A DNA stretch of 64,000 nucleotides from NCBI RefSeq assembly GCF_009914755.1, contig NC_060932.1; one strand, 5' to 3'. The position numbers and the translations under genes are program-made. Numbering within the stretch: position 1 is the stretch's first letter; each line of letters starts with the position of its first letter. Source of the DNA: the human T2T-CHM13v2.0 reference genome, Homo sapiens. Below are positions 13,041-27,593 of the stretch, in pieces. Under the pieces are notes generated by a model. The model searched no databases and was not told the origin of the DNA. It worked only from the letters and a program-made list of their open reading frames with translations.

Positions 13041-13866
13041 TTCAATATTCCCTTTCATGCATTCGTTTCTTTTTCCTACTCCCTACCCAAACATTTATGC
13101 ACACACCCCTTCCTCAACTAACCTAAACTGGGAGTCACTGGAAGGGCAGAGGAGGCTGGTTCAGCATCCAAGAATCTCCACGTCCCTCTGAGGCAAGACG
13201 CAGGACAGATAAAATGATATCCATGCAAAGTAGAGAGGAACTTGCAAAGAAAAGAGTAAACCTCAGTATTGCCAGAAATCCGGTTATGGATATAAATGTT
13301 TATGAGAGGGATGTGGGCTGATTAACAGTGTTATTAGATGAGAAAAGAAGTTCAAGAGCCACTAATAAAATAAAAGAGCCACTAATAAAATAATCAAGAT
13401 TTTTTCATCATAGATAGATGAGAAAGGCGAGAGTCAGAAACTGGGATCAAAGTTATTTTAACTTGGCATTTCCCACCCCTGAGAGACATGTCTGCCACCC
13501 ACATAGCCCTCAACAACAGCAGCCCTGCTCTTGGTAAGGTCAGGGATCTCTGGTCAGCAAGTGGGTCCAGGAGGCCATCGTGGACATATGGAATTCTTGT
13601 CTTCCGTGCCAGGAGTTTGGCTGCTAACAAAAGAGAATTGTGACTCTGGGTGGCCTGGGTTCTTTTTTCCCTCTTGGATGGACATCAGCATTAAACTTCT
13701 TTATAGATGACAAGGAAAAGCCATAGGGTAGATAGGACGAGAGACTCCCATTTATATGGGGCATCTGGCTCTTACGTATGCCTCTTCCCCAGGGCTCTTC
13801 AACCAGGGACGATGGTTACTCAACACTCAAATACTGCTTAAATATAAAGAGTAATACCTTAGATAA

Positions 13867-14198
13867 TGAGACAGCCAAGTGAAAAGGGCTGCCTGGCAGA
13901 ACCTCTGACCGGCCTGTGCACTGGGAGGAATATGCACTGGGGTGGAGTCTGTGGAAGTTTAAGCCATTTGCAGAGGAGAGGAGCCTGGCCTCTCCTGCTC
14001 TGGGGTGGTACCTGGGATTCAATCTGTGAGGCAAGAAGCCAGCTAACAGGACTCTAGCTTTGCTGAGAGTCCCTGTTTCCCTTTTTTTCCTGTTCGACCT
14101 ATCCTTCTCACCCATCAAAGTGTCTGCAAGCCTAATCTTTCATGGTTGTGTGACAAGGACCCCATTTTTAGCTGAACTAAGGAGAAAGTTCTACAACA
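13867..14198 (+). mobile_element. MER48 ERV1 solo LTR
   Basis: TGAGACAGCCAAGTG...GGAGGAGAGGAGCCTGGCC-like U3...AACTAAGGAGAAAGTTCTACAACA; TG...CA ends. Confidence 0.85.
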
Positions 14199-14199
14199 A

Positions 14200-14418
14200 G
14201 AAGGAATCAGCAAACTATGGCTCATGGGCCAAATTCAGCTCATAGCCTGTTTTCAAATTAAGTTTTAACAGAACACAGCCACACTCACTAGTTTACATAT
14301 TGTCTATGACTGCTTTCTTACAATAATATGATAGAGTTTAGTAGTCACAATAGAGATCGTATGGCTCCAAAACCTAAGATATTTGCTAACTGGCCCTTTA
14401 CAGAAAAAGTTTGCTGAC
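14200..14418 (+). mobile_element. MER58A (hAT-Charlie MITE)
   Basis: CAGCAAACTATGGCTCATGGGCCAAAT...TGGCCCTTTACAGAAAAAGTTTGCTGAC. Confidence 0.9.
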
Positions 14419-14519
14419 AGATGGATGAATGAGTAAGTGAATGAATAAATGAAAAGATGAACAATCTAGAATGAGATTCTACATTGAATGGGTTTATAAT
14501 TGTGGGAATGATTTTACTC

Positions 14520-15030
14520 AATAGTGCCAGTGGCCTCTATAAACGTTTCTAAAGGGACATATCATATCATAGGGACCTGCTCTCGGTTCTGTCCATTTTA
14601 GTACTTTTTCAATGACTTTGGACAAGACATAGATGGAAAGTTTATTGGATTTTTAAATGATGGAAACACTAATATGGATAATAAGTATATTGGATGAGAG
14701 ATCCAATATTCAAAATAACCTTGACAGGCTGGAACAAGGGACTAAGCCCAACCAAGTGAAATATAAGGGATAAATGCAAAATCTTATGGTTGGGTCCAAA
14801 ATGTCAACCTCTCAAATGCAGAACTGGGTGAGAGTCGGGAGAGAAAAACATGCCTCAACAGCAGCATTCATGAAATGACTTTTGGGGTTTGATAGACATG
14901 TCAACACCATGGTGGATAAGGCTATCCCCAAAATAAACTTTATTCTCACGCTAAGATGTTTTTATACAGAACAGGTAAGATAAATTTTACTTGTGTACTC
15001 ACTGGTAATATCTCCTCTGAGTACTCAGGC
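14520..15030 (+). mobile_element. L3/CR1 reverse-transcriptase region relic
   Basis: Degenerate match to CR1 RT: ATTCAAAATAACCTTGACAGGCTGGAACAA (IQNNLDRLEQ), GGATAAATGCAAAATCTTA (DKCKIL). Confidence 0.75.
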
Positions 15031-15054
15031 CATACTAAAAGTCTTTATTCCTAT

Positions 15055-15300
15055 AGCAATAACAATAATATATTAAGTTAGTGAAAATTGTGGAGTGTTT
15101 ACTTTAAGCATGATGGCATATTTAATTTGTATTATCTCTTTAAATTTTACATATTTTGGCTTCAAAATTTGAAGTGGGGGCTGTTATGTCCCCATTTTAT
15201 AGTGGAGGAAAATTGTAGAAGTAAGGTCTCATAACTAGTATGCATGAGGCCAGGAATTAAACCTACACCATACAGCTCCAGGTCCCTAATGCTCAGGTGC
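15055..15300 (-). mobile_element. MIR
   Basis: CCCCATTTTATAGTGGAGGAAAATTG...AAGGTCTCATAACTAGTA...CCAGGAATTAAACC. Confidence 0.7.
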
Positions 15301-15659
15301 TCCTAACTACTAGGGTGCCCAGGTGCTTCATATTCCCCTACTCTGAGGTTGCCTTTCCAGGTAGTCATTGGAAAACCAAAGTGCCTCCCAAGGTGAGTTA
15401 CCAAAGTGGTAAAGAAAAATTGAAAACCTTTTGTAGGCAAAAGAAGGTTGAAAGAGGTGAGACACTTAGGGTGCAGGAGGGTTGGGTTGTCCTTCAGCTG
15501 AGTGCAAACGCAGTACTGAGCTAACTGCAGCCCCTCTCCCTAAGCCAGATCACACCGACCTGTGCCTTCCAGCTCCTCACACTCATCCACACACAGCCAT
15601 TGCTAATGTGACTGGTCAGTGCAGCAGGCTAGACTAGCTGCTTTCTAAAAACCCCATCT

Positions 15660-16080
15660 AATTCTCTGTAGGTTATAGCATAAGGCATAAGTGTTTATTT
15701 CTCCCATAGGTCACTGGAGAGGTGGTGGAGGCCCTTCCACTCAAAGCCCTTCAGAGGCCCAGCATCCTTCTATCTGGAAGCTCCACTTTTCTCTTCAGAA
15801 CCAGCACTTCTAGGGCCTTGGAGCTTTCTGCATTCAATATAGGAAAAGAAAGATTGGCTTACACAGGGAAGGTTTTCAGAGGGTAGGCCTGCAAGTGGGT
15901 TCATCACTTCCTCTCATGTCCTATTGGCATGTTCATAACCAGTAGGGAACCTGTTACCAAAGTGGTAAAGAAAAGTTATAAACAAACAACAACAACAAAA
16001 AAAAACAGTGGACCAGCTGTGTCTCCCCAAGGAAGAGGAGAATATGGGTGCTGCTGAGTGCTAGACTTTCTTCCTACAAT
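15660..16080 (-). mobile_element. LTR33-like ERVL LTR relic
   Basis: TCCTTCTATCTGGAAGCTCC, GGCCTGCAAGTGGGTTCATCACTTCCTCTCATGTCCTATTGGC, CAGCTGTGT...GGAAGAGGAGAA. Confidence 0.55.
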
Positions 16081-16159
16081 TAGAGCTCTGGGATATTGAC
16101 TGGCCACAATCAGTGGGCCATCAACCAGTGCCAGTACTATCCCTCAATTCCTAATGGTG

Positions 16160-16810
16160 GATACATATTGTGTGCAAGACACTCTCTTGAGATCCCCAGA
16201 GGTAAAATGACCAGTGAGTTACTGTCTTCATTTTCAGTGAAGTAGCAAAGATATGCAAAAACATTTAACTACAATATTCAGCAGGGTGAGTTAAATGCTC
16301 TAGGAGGATGAATTAAATGCTAATATTCAACAAGGTGAATTAAATGCTCTGGCATTGGAGCACAAAAGGCAGAGTTTATTCTGATGAGAGAAATCAGAAA
16401 ATGTTTCAGGGCAGAGTCTTTGCTAATGACTAGGAATTTAACAGGCAAAAATGCAAAGAGAAGAGCTTGTCAAGGAGAGAAAATAGCAGGGAAAAAAACG
16501 CACAAAACCATGGAAGTGCTTGGTGTGTTCAGGGCTGAGCAACTGGTTTAATGTGACTTCATCACAGGGTATATGAGTCATGTGGTGGATCACAGGCTGA
16601 ACCATGCTGAATCATGAATGCCATGGTGAACTTTGGCTCTACTATTAATGCATTGGAGAATGAAGGAGAGGGGACATAATCCAATTCTGACATTATATGA
16701 AGGGCAGATGAAGGTCCGCTGAAAGTTTGAAAGGCAGCAAGACTCATTAGCTAGGTGTTGGAATCATTCTGGTGGATGGTGGTGATGGTCTAGCCTAAGG
16801 CATTGACCAG
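16160..16810 (-). mobile_element. L2 3' region
   Basis: Degenerate L2 motifs TAGGAATTTAACAGGCAAA, GCTTGGTGTGTTCAGGG, TGAATGCCATGGTGAACTTTGG. Confidence 0.65.
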
Positions 16811-17797
16811 TGAACATCAGTCTTTGCCCTTGCCTAGCCCACTCAACAGTTTTCCAAAATGCACTCCAAACATTTGCAGTCAGTGGCACCCTTCACTTAC
16901 CATTGATTTGGAAGGCAATGTGTCAATATAGCCACACATTCACAACAGCATTTAAGCCCCAGTTAGCTAACTTTGACCATGGTGATGCCATAATGCATTC
17001 ATAGTCAGCATCTCCTAGGCCCTCACCTAGGAATAATTTAACCTCAAAATCTGCTTCTCTGCCACTTTCATTCATTAGCTCTGGTCCCACTCATTGCTTC
17101 TCTATTGTTCCAGTGGGGCTTCCACTCCGTGGCCAAGGATAGAGGTGTCAGCAGCTCCTTTCAAAATCACTTGGGTTGTGAGGATTCTCCATGCTCCTCT
17201 TCTGTCTTAAGACTACAACTATCTAGGGATTTTCTACCCTCCTCAGACCTCAAAGGCACAAGTGTTCAAAAGAGTCACCATGAATTTCCAGCCAAGCAGC
17301 TGGACTCCAGCCCTCATTCTATATAGAGGATCTGGTGTACTTGTGCAGCCTGACACATGGGTCTCACTTTAGTCTCCCTGCAGACCTCCCAAACTACATT
17401 CTTATTCTGTCCCTGACCCAAGAGTCTTTCCTAGATTCCCAGGGCTTGGCAGAGGCCTTAAGTGACCTGGGCATGGCCCTACTCTGCCTTTGCTTTAGAG
17501 GATTGGCCTACAGGAAGGGGTACAGATGATGTGTATCCCCATGAGCTACCCCAATCCCTCCTGCATGCTCTGCCTCCCTGTACTCTTCACAAACAGGATG
17601 GGTGAGCAGGTTGCACCAACCTCCTACAGCCAAGGAATTTAGAAGCGAGAGAGAATGGAGAGAGTGTGGGAACAGTTTGAATGGGCCTGATGGGGAGTGT
17701 CAGTGCTGCATGGGAAGATGGAAGGGCTGGCATTCCAAAGATTTCTCTGTAGAGAGAGTTAGAAAACTGTGATCCAGGGGCAAGTCAAGGGAAAAAT

Positions 17798-18239
<442 letters not shown>

Positions 18240-18349
18240 TTAGCTCTTTGGAAATGAATTCTATTGTTCAGGGAAATGATAAGGGAAGGAAGATCAGACC
18301 AGACCCACTATGCAGCAGGACACAAGACAAGGCTAGAGAAAGAACAAGG

Positions 18350-18535
18350 AATTCAGGCATGCCCAGATCCCAGCTCTGTGTTTTTGAGGAAATTACTTAA
18401 ATTCTCAAATATTTAGTTTTCCCATCTGTAAAATGGGGAGAGACGTGGAGGTAAAGAGGATATCTTCTTTGAGGAGCTGTTAACAGGATAAGGGATGAAG
18501 AATGCTAAATGCCAGGCCAGCATCTTTAGTATATG
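18350..18535 (+). mobile_element. MIR
   Basis: ATCCCAGCTCTG...AAATTACTTAA...TTTTCCCATCTGTAAAATGGGG. Confidence 0.75.
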
Positions 18536-18559
18536 TATGCAGCTACAGAGAATCAATCT

Positions 18560-18808
18560 TGGAACAAGGAGAAGCTATAGGAAGGCAGATTTCAGCCCCA
18601 TAGAAGGGAGGCCTTTCCAACTACTGCAGCTCCTGAACAATAAAATGGGATATTTCTTCAGATAGTGAGTTCCACGTCACTGAAGGTAACCAAAGAAATG
18701 CTGGGTAGGCACATTCAGAGGATGTTGCTATAAGAATTTCTGCACTGAATAAAAAATTGGGGCAGATGAATCCCGAAATCCCTCCCTTCCTGGAGATTCT
18801 GTGAATCT
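18560..18808 (+). mobile_element. L3/CR1 3' end
   Basis: GGAAGGCAGATTTCAGC...TAGTGAGTTCCACGTCACTGAAGGT...GAGATTCTGTGA terminus. Confidence 0.7.
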
Positions 18809-19009
18809 TGACTTAGCACTTGCTCAGTAAGAGTGTAGGAGCCCAAACCCACTCAGACAGAAAAACTGCCATTATTGGTGCCTGGGAGCTGAGATCTGAG
18901 GAACAAGGACCAAAATGACAGGGGCCAAGGTCTCCCATTGTTCAGTTCTGTGTCCACTCCTTGCTCACATTCAATTCCGTCTCTGACGGTTCTTTTTTAC
19001 GGGGGATGA

Positions 19010-19560
19010 GAGGGAGGGCAGATCACTCAGGGTTTATTTTGCCAGGCTCCGTAAGTGGAAAAGTCTTGATATAAGCAAGCCCCGTGGGCTGCCAGAAAAG
19101 CCTCTGCCCTTAAATAGTAATGAGATCTATCGGTCTCCTTAACAAATGCATCTTCCCTGAGTGCTAAGTAAACCGTCTCCATTTACAGTGTCAATATCAA
19201 CGTGGGGCCTTCCCTGCCTCTCAAGCAGCTTGAACAGATTGCAATTGGTTGCCATTCCTGATTCCTGTGCTCAGTAAGAGCTGTCAATGAGCATGTCAAT
19301 AAGATACCGGGACTATTGATCAGCATAGGCATTTAGGGGTCACTGGTCGATGAGAACTCTTGCCAAGAGATGTAGAAAATGATAGCTTTCAGATAAAGGC
19401 AGCAAAGCGAGGTTCCCGAAGGAGAAATAATATAGCTTAATTTCCCTTGTCCTGCTGCTTGTCAATTTCCCTTGGTTTTCTTGAGGCGGGAAGAGCCAGC
19501 GAGGAGAGACAGGGAGGGAGGGAGAGAAAGCGAGTGAGCAACTCAAGTGTTTGACTGAAA
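19010..19560. promoter_or_regulatory. Candidate enhancer (TGTCAAT x4, GATA)
   Basis: Repeat-free, CpGs retained, TGTCAAT at 19189, 19282, 19294 and 19460. Confidence 0.45.
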
Positions 19561-19972
19561 ACATTCAGAGAATGAAAAATCAACATCCACGATAAACCAC
19601 AGTGTCCCTTAGGCCACTGTCTGCATCTAAAGAGAAAGACCAAAAGAGACAATGTTTCTGAAAGAGGTGGGCTCAGATGGTGAAGATGAGGATAATTAGT
19701 CTTCTCCAGAAATTTCTATAGGATTCCCCAAATCAGCTGGATAACTCTTTGCTGGCTTCAAGCGTTCAGCCAAAGGGATCCAGTTCTTCACCCACAAGTC
19801 TTTTGGTGTCTCAGGCTGATCTTCATTTCGAGTGGAGGGGGAAGTTAGGTCCCCTTTGAAAGAATGCAACTTATAATAGTTAATCACAAAACAAAATGCG
19901 TGTTACGGGCTGAATTCACACAGAAGCCCCCGTAACCTCAGAATGTGACTGATTTTGAAAATAGGACCTTTA

Positions 19973-20698
19973 CAGTCCCATCAACAGTGTAAAAATGTTC
20001 CTATTTCTCCACATCCTCTCCAGCACCTGTTGTTTCCTGACTTTTTAATGATCGCCATTCTAACTGGTGTGAGATGGTATCTCATTGTGGTTTTGAGTTC
20101 AATCATTGTGGAAGTCAGTGTGGCGATTCCTCAGGGATCTAGAACTACAAATACCATTTGACCCAGCCATCCCATTACTGGGTATATACCCAAAGGATTA
20201 TAAATCATGCTGCTATAAAGACACATGCACACGTATGTTTATTGCGGCACTATTCACAATAGCAAAGACTTGGAACCAACCCAAATGTCCAACAATGATA
20301 GACTGGATTAAGAAAATGTGGCACATATACACCATGGAATACTATGCAGCCATAAAAAATGATGAGTTCATGTCCTTTGTAGGGACATGGATGAAGCTGG
20401 AAACCATCATTCTCAGCAAACTATCGCAAGGACAAAAAACCAAACACGGCATGTTCTCACTCATAGATGGGAATTGAACAATGAGAATACATGGACACAG
20501 GAAGGGGAACATCACACACGGGGGCCTGTTGTGGGGTGGGGGGAGGGGGGAAGGATAGCGTTAGGAGATATACCTAATGTTAAATGACGAGTTAATGGGT
20601 GCAGCACAACAGCATGGCACATGTATACCTATGTAACAAACCTGCACGTTGTGCACATGTACCCTAAAACTTAAAGTATAATTTTAAAAAAAGAAGAA
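19973..20698 (+). mobile_element. 5'-truncated, 5'-inverted L1PA3/4-like element; includes ORF2p C-terminus (20106-20477)
   Basis: ORF reads [25 protein letters not shown]...MWHIYTMEYYAAIKNDEF; 19973-20096 is antisense L1; perfect 16-bp TSD GAAAATAGGACCTTTA at 19957 and 20699. Confidence 0.97.
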
Positions 20699-20842
20699 GA
20701 AAATAGGACCTTTAAAATAAAAGTTAAAATGAGGCCATTAACATGGGCTGTGATCCATTCTGACCAGTATCCTTTAAGAGGAAATTTGGATATGCAAGGA
20801 GACACCAGGAATGTGTGTGCAGAGAACACACCATGTGGGGAC

Positions 20843-21186
20843 TGGTGTGGTTTGGCTGCATCCCCACCCAAATCTCATCTTGAGTTGTAGCTCCCATAGT
20901 TCCCGTGTGTTGTGGGAGGGAACCATCGTGAGAGTGATTTCCCCCATACTATTCTCGTGGTAGTGAATAAGTCTCACAAGATCTGATGGTTTTATAAGGG
21001 GAAACCCCTTTCCCTTGGTTCTCATTCTCTGTTGCCACCACCGTGTAAGAAGAGCCTTTCACCTTCCACCATGATTGTGAGGCCTCCCCAGCCACGTGGA
21101 ACTGTGAGTCCATGAAACCTCTTTTTCTTTATAATTACCCAGTCTCGGGTATATTGTTATCAGCACCGTGAAAACAGACTAATACA
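20843..21186 (+). mobile_element. THE1 (THE1C-like) solo LTR
   Basis: TGGTGTGGTTTGGCTG...CCCACCCAAATCTCATCTTG...ACAGACTAATACA; perfect TSD GGGAC. Confidence 0.95.
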
Positions 21187-22609
21187 GGGACACAGCAAGA
21201 AGATGACCACAGGCAAGCCAAGGAGAAAGGGTTCAGAAGAAATCAAATCCACTGACACCTTGATCTTGGACTTCTAGCCTCCAGAACTTTGGGAAAATAA
21301 ATTTCTCTTGGTGAAACCACCTGTCTGTGATATTATTTTATGGCAGCCCTAGCAAACTATCTCAATGTGTTAAAGCAGTATTCTATGTGAGGCTGGGAGA
21401 GATGGCAGAGAGATTAATTATTATTTTTGTCCATTCTGTGACCCAGAGTTTTTAGTATTTTCACATTATTAAAGCATTGTTCATTCTATCAGTTTCAACC
21501 GTGAACTGACTTAATTCAAATTAAATTACTGCATTTACAGATAATTGATTTTCATGGAAATGTCCAGTGTTCATCAGCACGAAACTTTCTAACCGTTCTT
21601 TGGTTTACCTAGTTCTAGGCATGATAGATAATTCTAGATACCGAATATTATTCTTTCAAGTAATGAAATAGTCAACAAAGTGACAAAAATCAGTTTAGTG
21701 GCTACTTATCCATGGTCAAAGTCCTTATAAAGCCTTTCAACTTTTTAAATGGGAGATACCTGCACACAAAGAATAACTAACATGCCACACTTTGGCTTCC
21801 ATCTTTGTCCATCCTTTCCTTCCTGAATGGAGCTCTTTTGTGACCTCATATACTACTTCTGGGAGAATTGTTTCAGCCCCTTAATTCAAAGCCACATCTC
21901 ACTGCCTCTGAGACACTGAAATTTATCTCAAGTCCTGGCAGTCAGACCTTGTACTTTAATTACACCCTGAAAGTTGCTTAAAGCGATAATTCAGCATCTA
22001 TGTCTGAAACTTTAAGAGATGTTACAGGAACAACAAGATGGAGATGCATTTCAATGAGGTTGAGCAGCATCACGTCTCATTCCCTCATGACTCTGTGTGT
22101 CAAAGGTCATTCATTCATCATTTCAAAAGATATTTATTGCCAGGTGAGAGATGGTGATGGCTTAAAAGTAAGGTAGAGGAAGAGCCAGTTGAATACATGC
22201 TTGATTCTGACTAATGACACTAAAATAACGGCCAAGAAAAGGCAAAACAATTCAGCAGATCCACCAAGAGCTGGTGAAGAGGTCACAGCTGACAAGAAAT
22301 AGCAATGAAATTTTGGAAGCAATTAGTAAACAGGTAAATGACAATAGAAATAGCAGACAAGAAAAAGCTAAACTACATTGGCAGCACGGGAGAGCCTCAA
22401 GAACCAGCCACTTCACAGCATAGTCCCAGAAGGCTCAGGAATTGGAGGTACCAAATGCCTCTGCAGCAAGGGTGCAGAGCAGGGCTATCCATATAAGGAC
22501 TGGTTAAAAGTCTTTAAAAGAAGGAGTCAGGCTCACAGACGCCCTCTTCTACCCATGTAGCCAGGTGGCCCTCTTTGCTCCAGTAGGAGTCTAAAGGATT
22601 ACTCCATAG

Positions 22610-22799
22610 CAGTGGTTTTCAAAGTGGGGACCTGAGACCAGCAGGGTTAGTATTACCTGGGAACTGGCTAGAAAGGTACATTTTCAGGCCTCACCCCAGA
22701 CCTGCTGAATCGGACACTCTAAAATGGGGCTCACCAATCTGTGTTTCAATAAGCCCTCTCTAGATGATTCTGATGCAAGCTAAAGTCTGGGAACTACTG
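22610..22799. mobile_element. MER5A (hAT-Charlie)
   Basis: CAGTGGTTTTCAAAGTG...CCCCAGACCTGCTGAATC...GATTCTGATGCAAGCTAAAGTCTGGGAACTACTG terminal inverted repeats. Confidence 0.9.
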
Positions 22800-22954
22800 C
22801 TCTAAGTAGAGATTGAGCCAGACAGGGTCTGACACCGAGGACAACAGCAGTTGCTGAAAACATAATGAACCAATTATTAAAGAGAGGGGAAATTGACACA
22901 CAGAACATTAAGCCCTCCAGTGCACATCTTCTCAGCTCCCAAAATGTTCACGGC

Positions 22955-23575
22955 TGTTGTGATTTCTATGGTTATGGTTTGTTCTAATTTGTCTTGAGGT
23001 GTCTCTCTCTTAAGAGTGGCCATAAGCCAAGATAGCCACTCTGCAGGAGACTGCTGACAGAGGGGAAAGTTAGGTTTATGTGTGTATCAGGTAAGACACA
23101 ATAAGGAGGTGAAACTAAAATGCATGAAACAGAAGAAATGTATTATTCACAGGTCAGAGAGACTTGGTGCCCAAGGCAGGCCAGTGTGAAGTCTGGAGAC
23201 AGCAGGGAGATCACCCACTGAGCAAGTCAGTGAGCCTGTCGGGGCCACCTTCATCAAAGCCCATGGGTATTACCCTTCAGGCTTCCCTAAGGGGGCTGTG
23301 AATTGGCTAGTTTATGGAAAACACTCCAGAGGGGAAAAACTTATTTACATGATCTGGTATTGACCATTAGGTTTTATTGTGATCAGCAGCTGAGGGGTGT
23401 GTTGGGTTTGGGGTCAATGAGATGAAGAACAAGAGGGTTCTATCACAAACAACCACATAGGGAGGGGAAGCTTTAACTAGGCCAAAGGTGGCAGGGTAGA
23501 AATGGGTTTCAGATAATGTATGTCAGCCTAGAAATGGGTGCAGAGGCAGCAACTACATTAAACACATTTATGACA
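22955..23575 (-). mobile_element. MER74-family ERVL solo LTR
   Basis: TG...CA ends, GAGGCAGCAACTACATTAAACACATTTATGACA terminus, degenerate TSD ACGGC/GCAGC. Confidence 0.6.
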
Positions 23576-24599
23576 GCAGCTAAGCTGACATACCTGATGC
23601 AGGATACTTAAGGATTCTCCCCTGGGAAACTGATGGGCCTAAGAGAAAATATCTGTGGTTAGTGACATTAAGGGAGGGGAGGGGATCCCCACATGAAATG
23701 GCTGGGTCCTAGCCCAATCAGCCTACAAGCAAAGCCCCAAACCAAGAGGCCTCCTTCTGGGAAACAAAGCTTCCAAGCAACCCCGCCTTCATTACAAACT
23801 GACATGCAGTGATTACTAGACCTGTGGGGAACTCCTAACACATGAAAGAAAAAGACCAAAACAAAAACAAGCAAGCAAAACAGAAACAAGAAACTTGTTA
23901 TAAATGAAGGCAATGCAGACAAGAGGAGAAAATTTGAAAAGAAAATTTAAACTCTGGTTAATCATTTCAAAAGGATAAAAGAAGATGTGCCTTCATGAAA
24001 CAGGATCAGGGAACTCTTCAAAAATGAGGATGTTGAAATCAGTCCTCAGATCTTGACCATATAGCAAACCAGCTCAGGCTGTTGGTTCCTCCCTTCAATA
24101 TCAACCTGAGAAATGAAAAACCCAGTGGTTCTCATTACTTCACATGCATGGGAATTACTTGGAAGGCTTGTTAAGCTAAGTTGGCTGGGTCTCACCCTCC
24201 ATCAGCAGGAGAATATCAGGAAAGTGCGAAAGTGTTGTTGGGGTGAAGAGTGAGGAAAATAGGGGTTGACCAAGCAACTATTTTGGGTATTTACTCTCCG
24301 CCCAGGAATTCCTTGTTCTGAGAATTTAAAGCAAAACCCTGGTCAGAGAAAGTACCTAATAAGAGTGGGGGCAATTTTGAGTGACCAGCAATAATTCTGT
24401 AGGGTTTAACTGTCTTTACCACCTGGGGTTCATCATCTACCATCTCTTTAAACCCAGTGAGTAAAACACAGTCTACACGACATCAGTTCTTCCCCAAAGG
24501 GAAATATCCCCAAAGGAACTTGAGCCTACATGCCAGAATAACCACTCAAGGAGTACAACCACTCAAGGAGTACAACCACTCAAAAGAAAGGCAACTAAA

Positions 24600-27100
<2,501 letters not shown>

Positions 27101-27593
27101 GTGTATTAGTCATGGTCTAGTCAGGAGAAACAGAAAACTGAGTAGTTTGAACAAGAGATGTTTACTAAAAGTAATTATTAGCTTTTTGCAAGGAATTACC
27201 TATTGTGGTGGGGATAAGGAGACCTCTAAACAACGCTCCAGGTCTGAGGGAGAGTACCCGAGGAAGCAACAGAAATGCAAGGGGCTCCTCCACAAGGCTG
27301 GGATTCAGACCTCCTTAGAGTGGGGAGATAGCAGTCCACTAGACGCCAGAGTTCTCTGGGTTTCCCTAGACCAGAGCTTGTCTCAATCTGGCAGGCCAGG
27401 GTTGTCAGGCACAGAATCACGAGTCCAGATTGTAAAGCAGGAAATTCCTCATGAGGGAGCAAGAAAACTGAGGCTGGCTGGAAGGAAACTGGCCACTGAG
27501 ATAACAACAAAACATGCAAAGATGCTGCCCGTGAGCATGCTGCTAAACCAACCTATAGTTTGCATATGACTTGCTGAGGCATCTAAAATACTT

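Larger units (their letters stand above)
19901..21364 (+). mobile_element. MLT1B-like MaLR LTR interrupted by L1PA and THE1
   Basis: TGTTACGGGCTGAATT...ACACCTTGATCTTGGACTTCTAGCCTCCAGAAC...GGCAGCCCTAGCAAACTA; TSD ATGCG/ATGTG. Confidence 0.85.
22165..24030 (+). mobile_element. HAL1/L1ME-like 5' region fragments, interrupted by MER5A and an LTR
   Basis: CACTAAAATAACGG, AAATTTTGGAAG, GGATAAAAGAAGATGTGCCTTCATGAAACAGG resemble HAL1. Confidence 0.45.

Noticed and set aside
20106-20477. 123-aa ORF as a functional gene
   Set aside because: It is the C-terminus of L1 ORF2p in a truncated element with no promoter or true start codon
24540-24583. CRISPR-like or other repeat-spacer array
   Set aside because: Units are directly adjacent with no spacers, context is mammalian, and no cas genes are present
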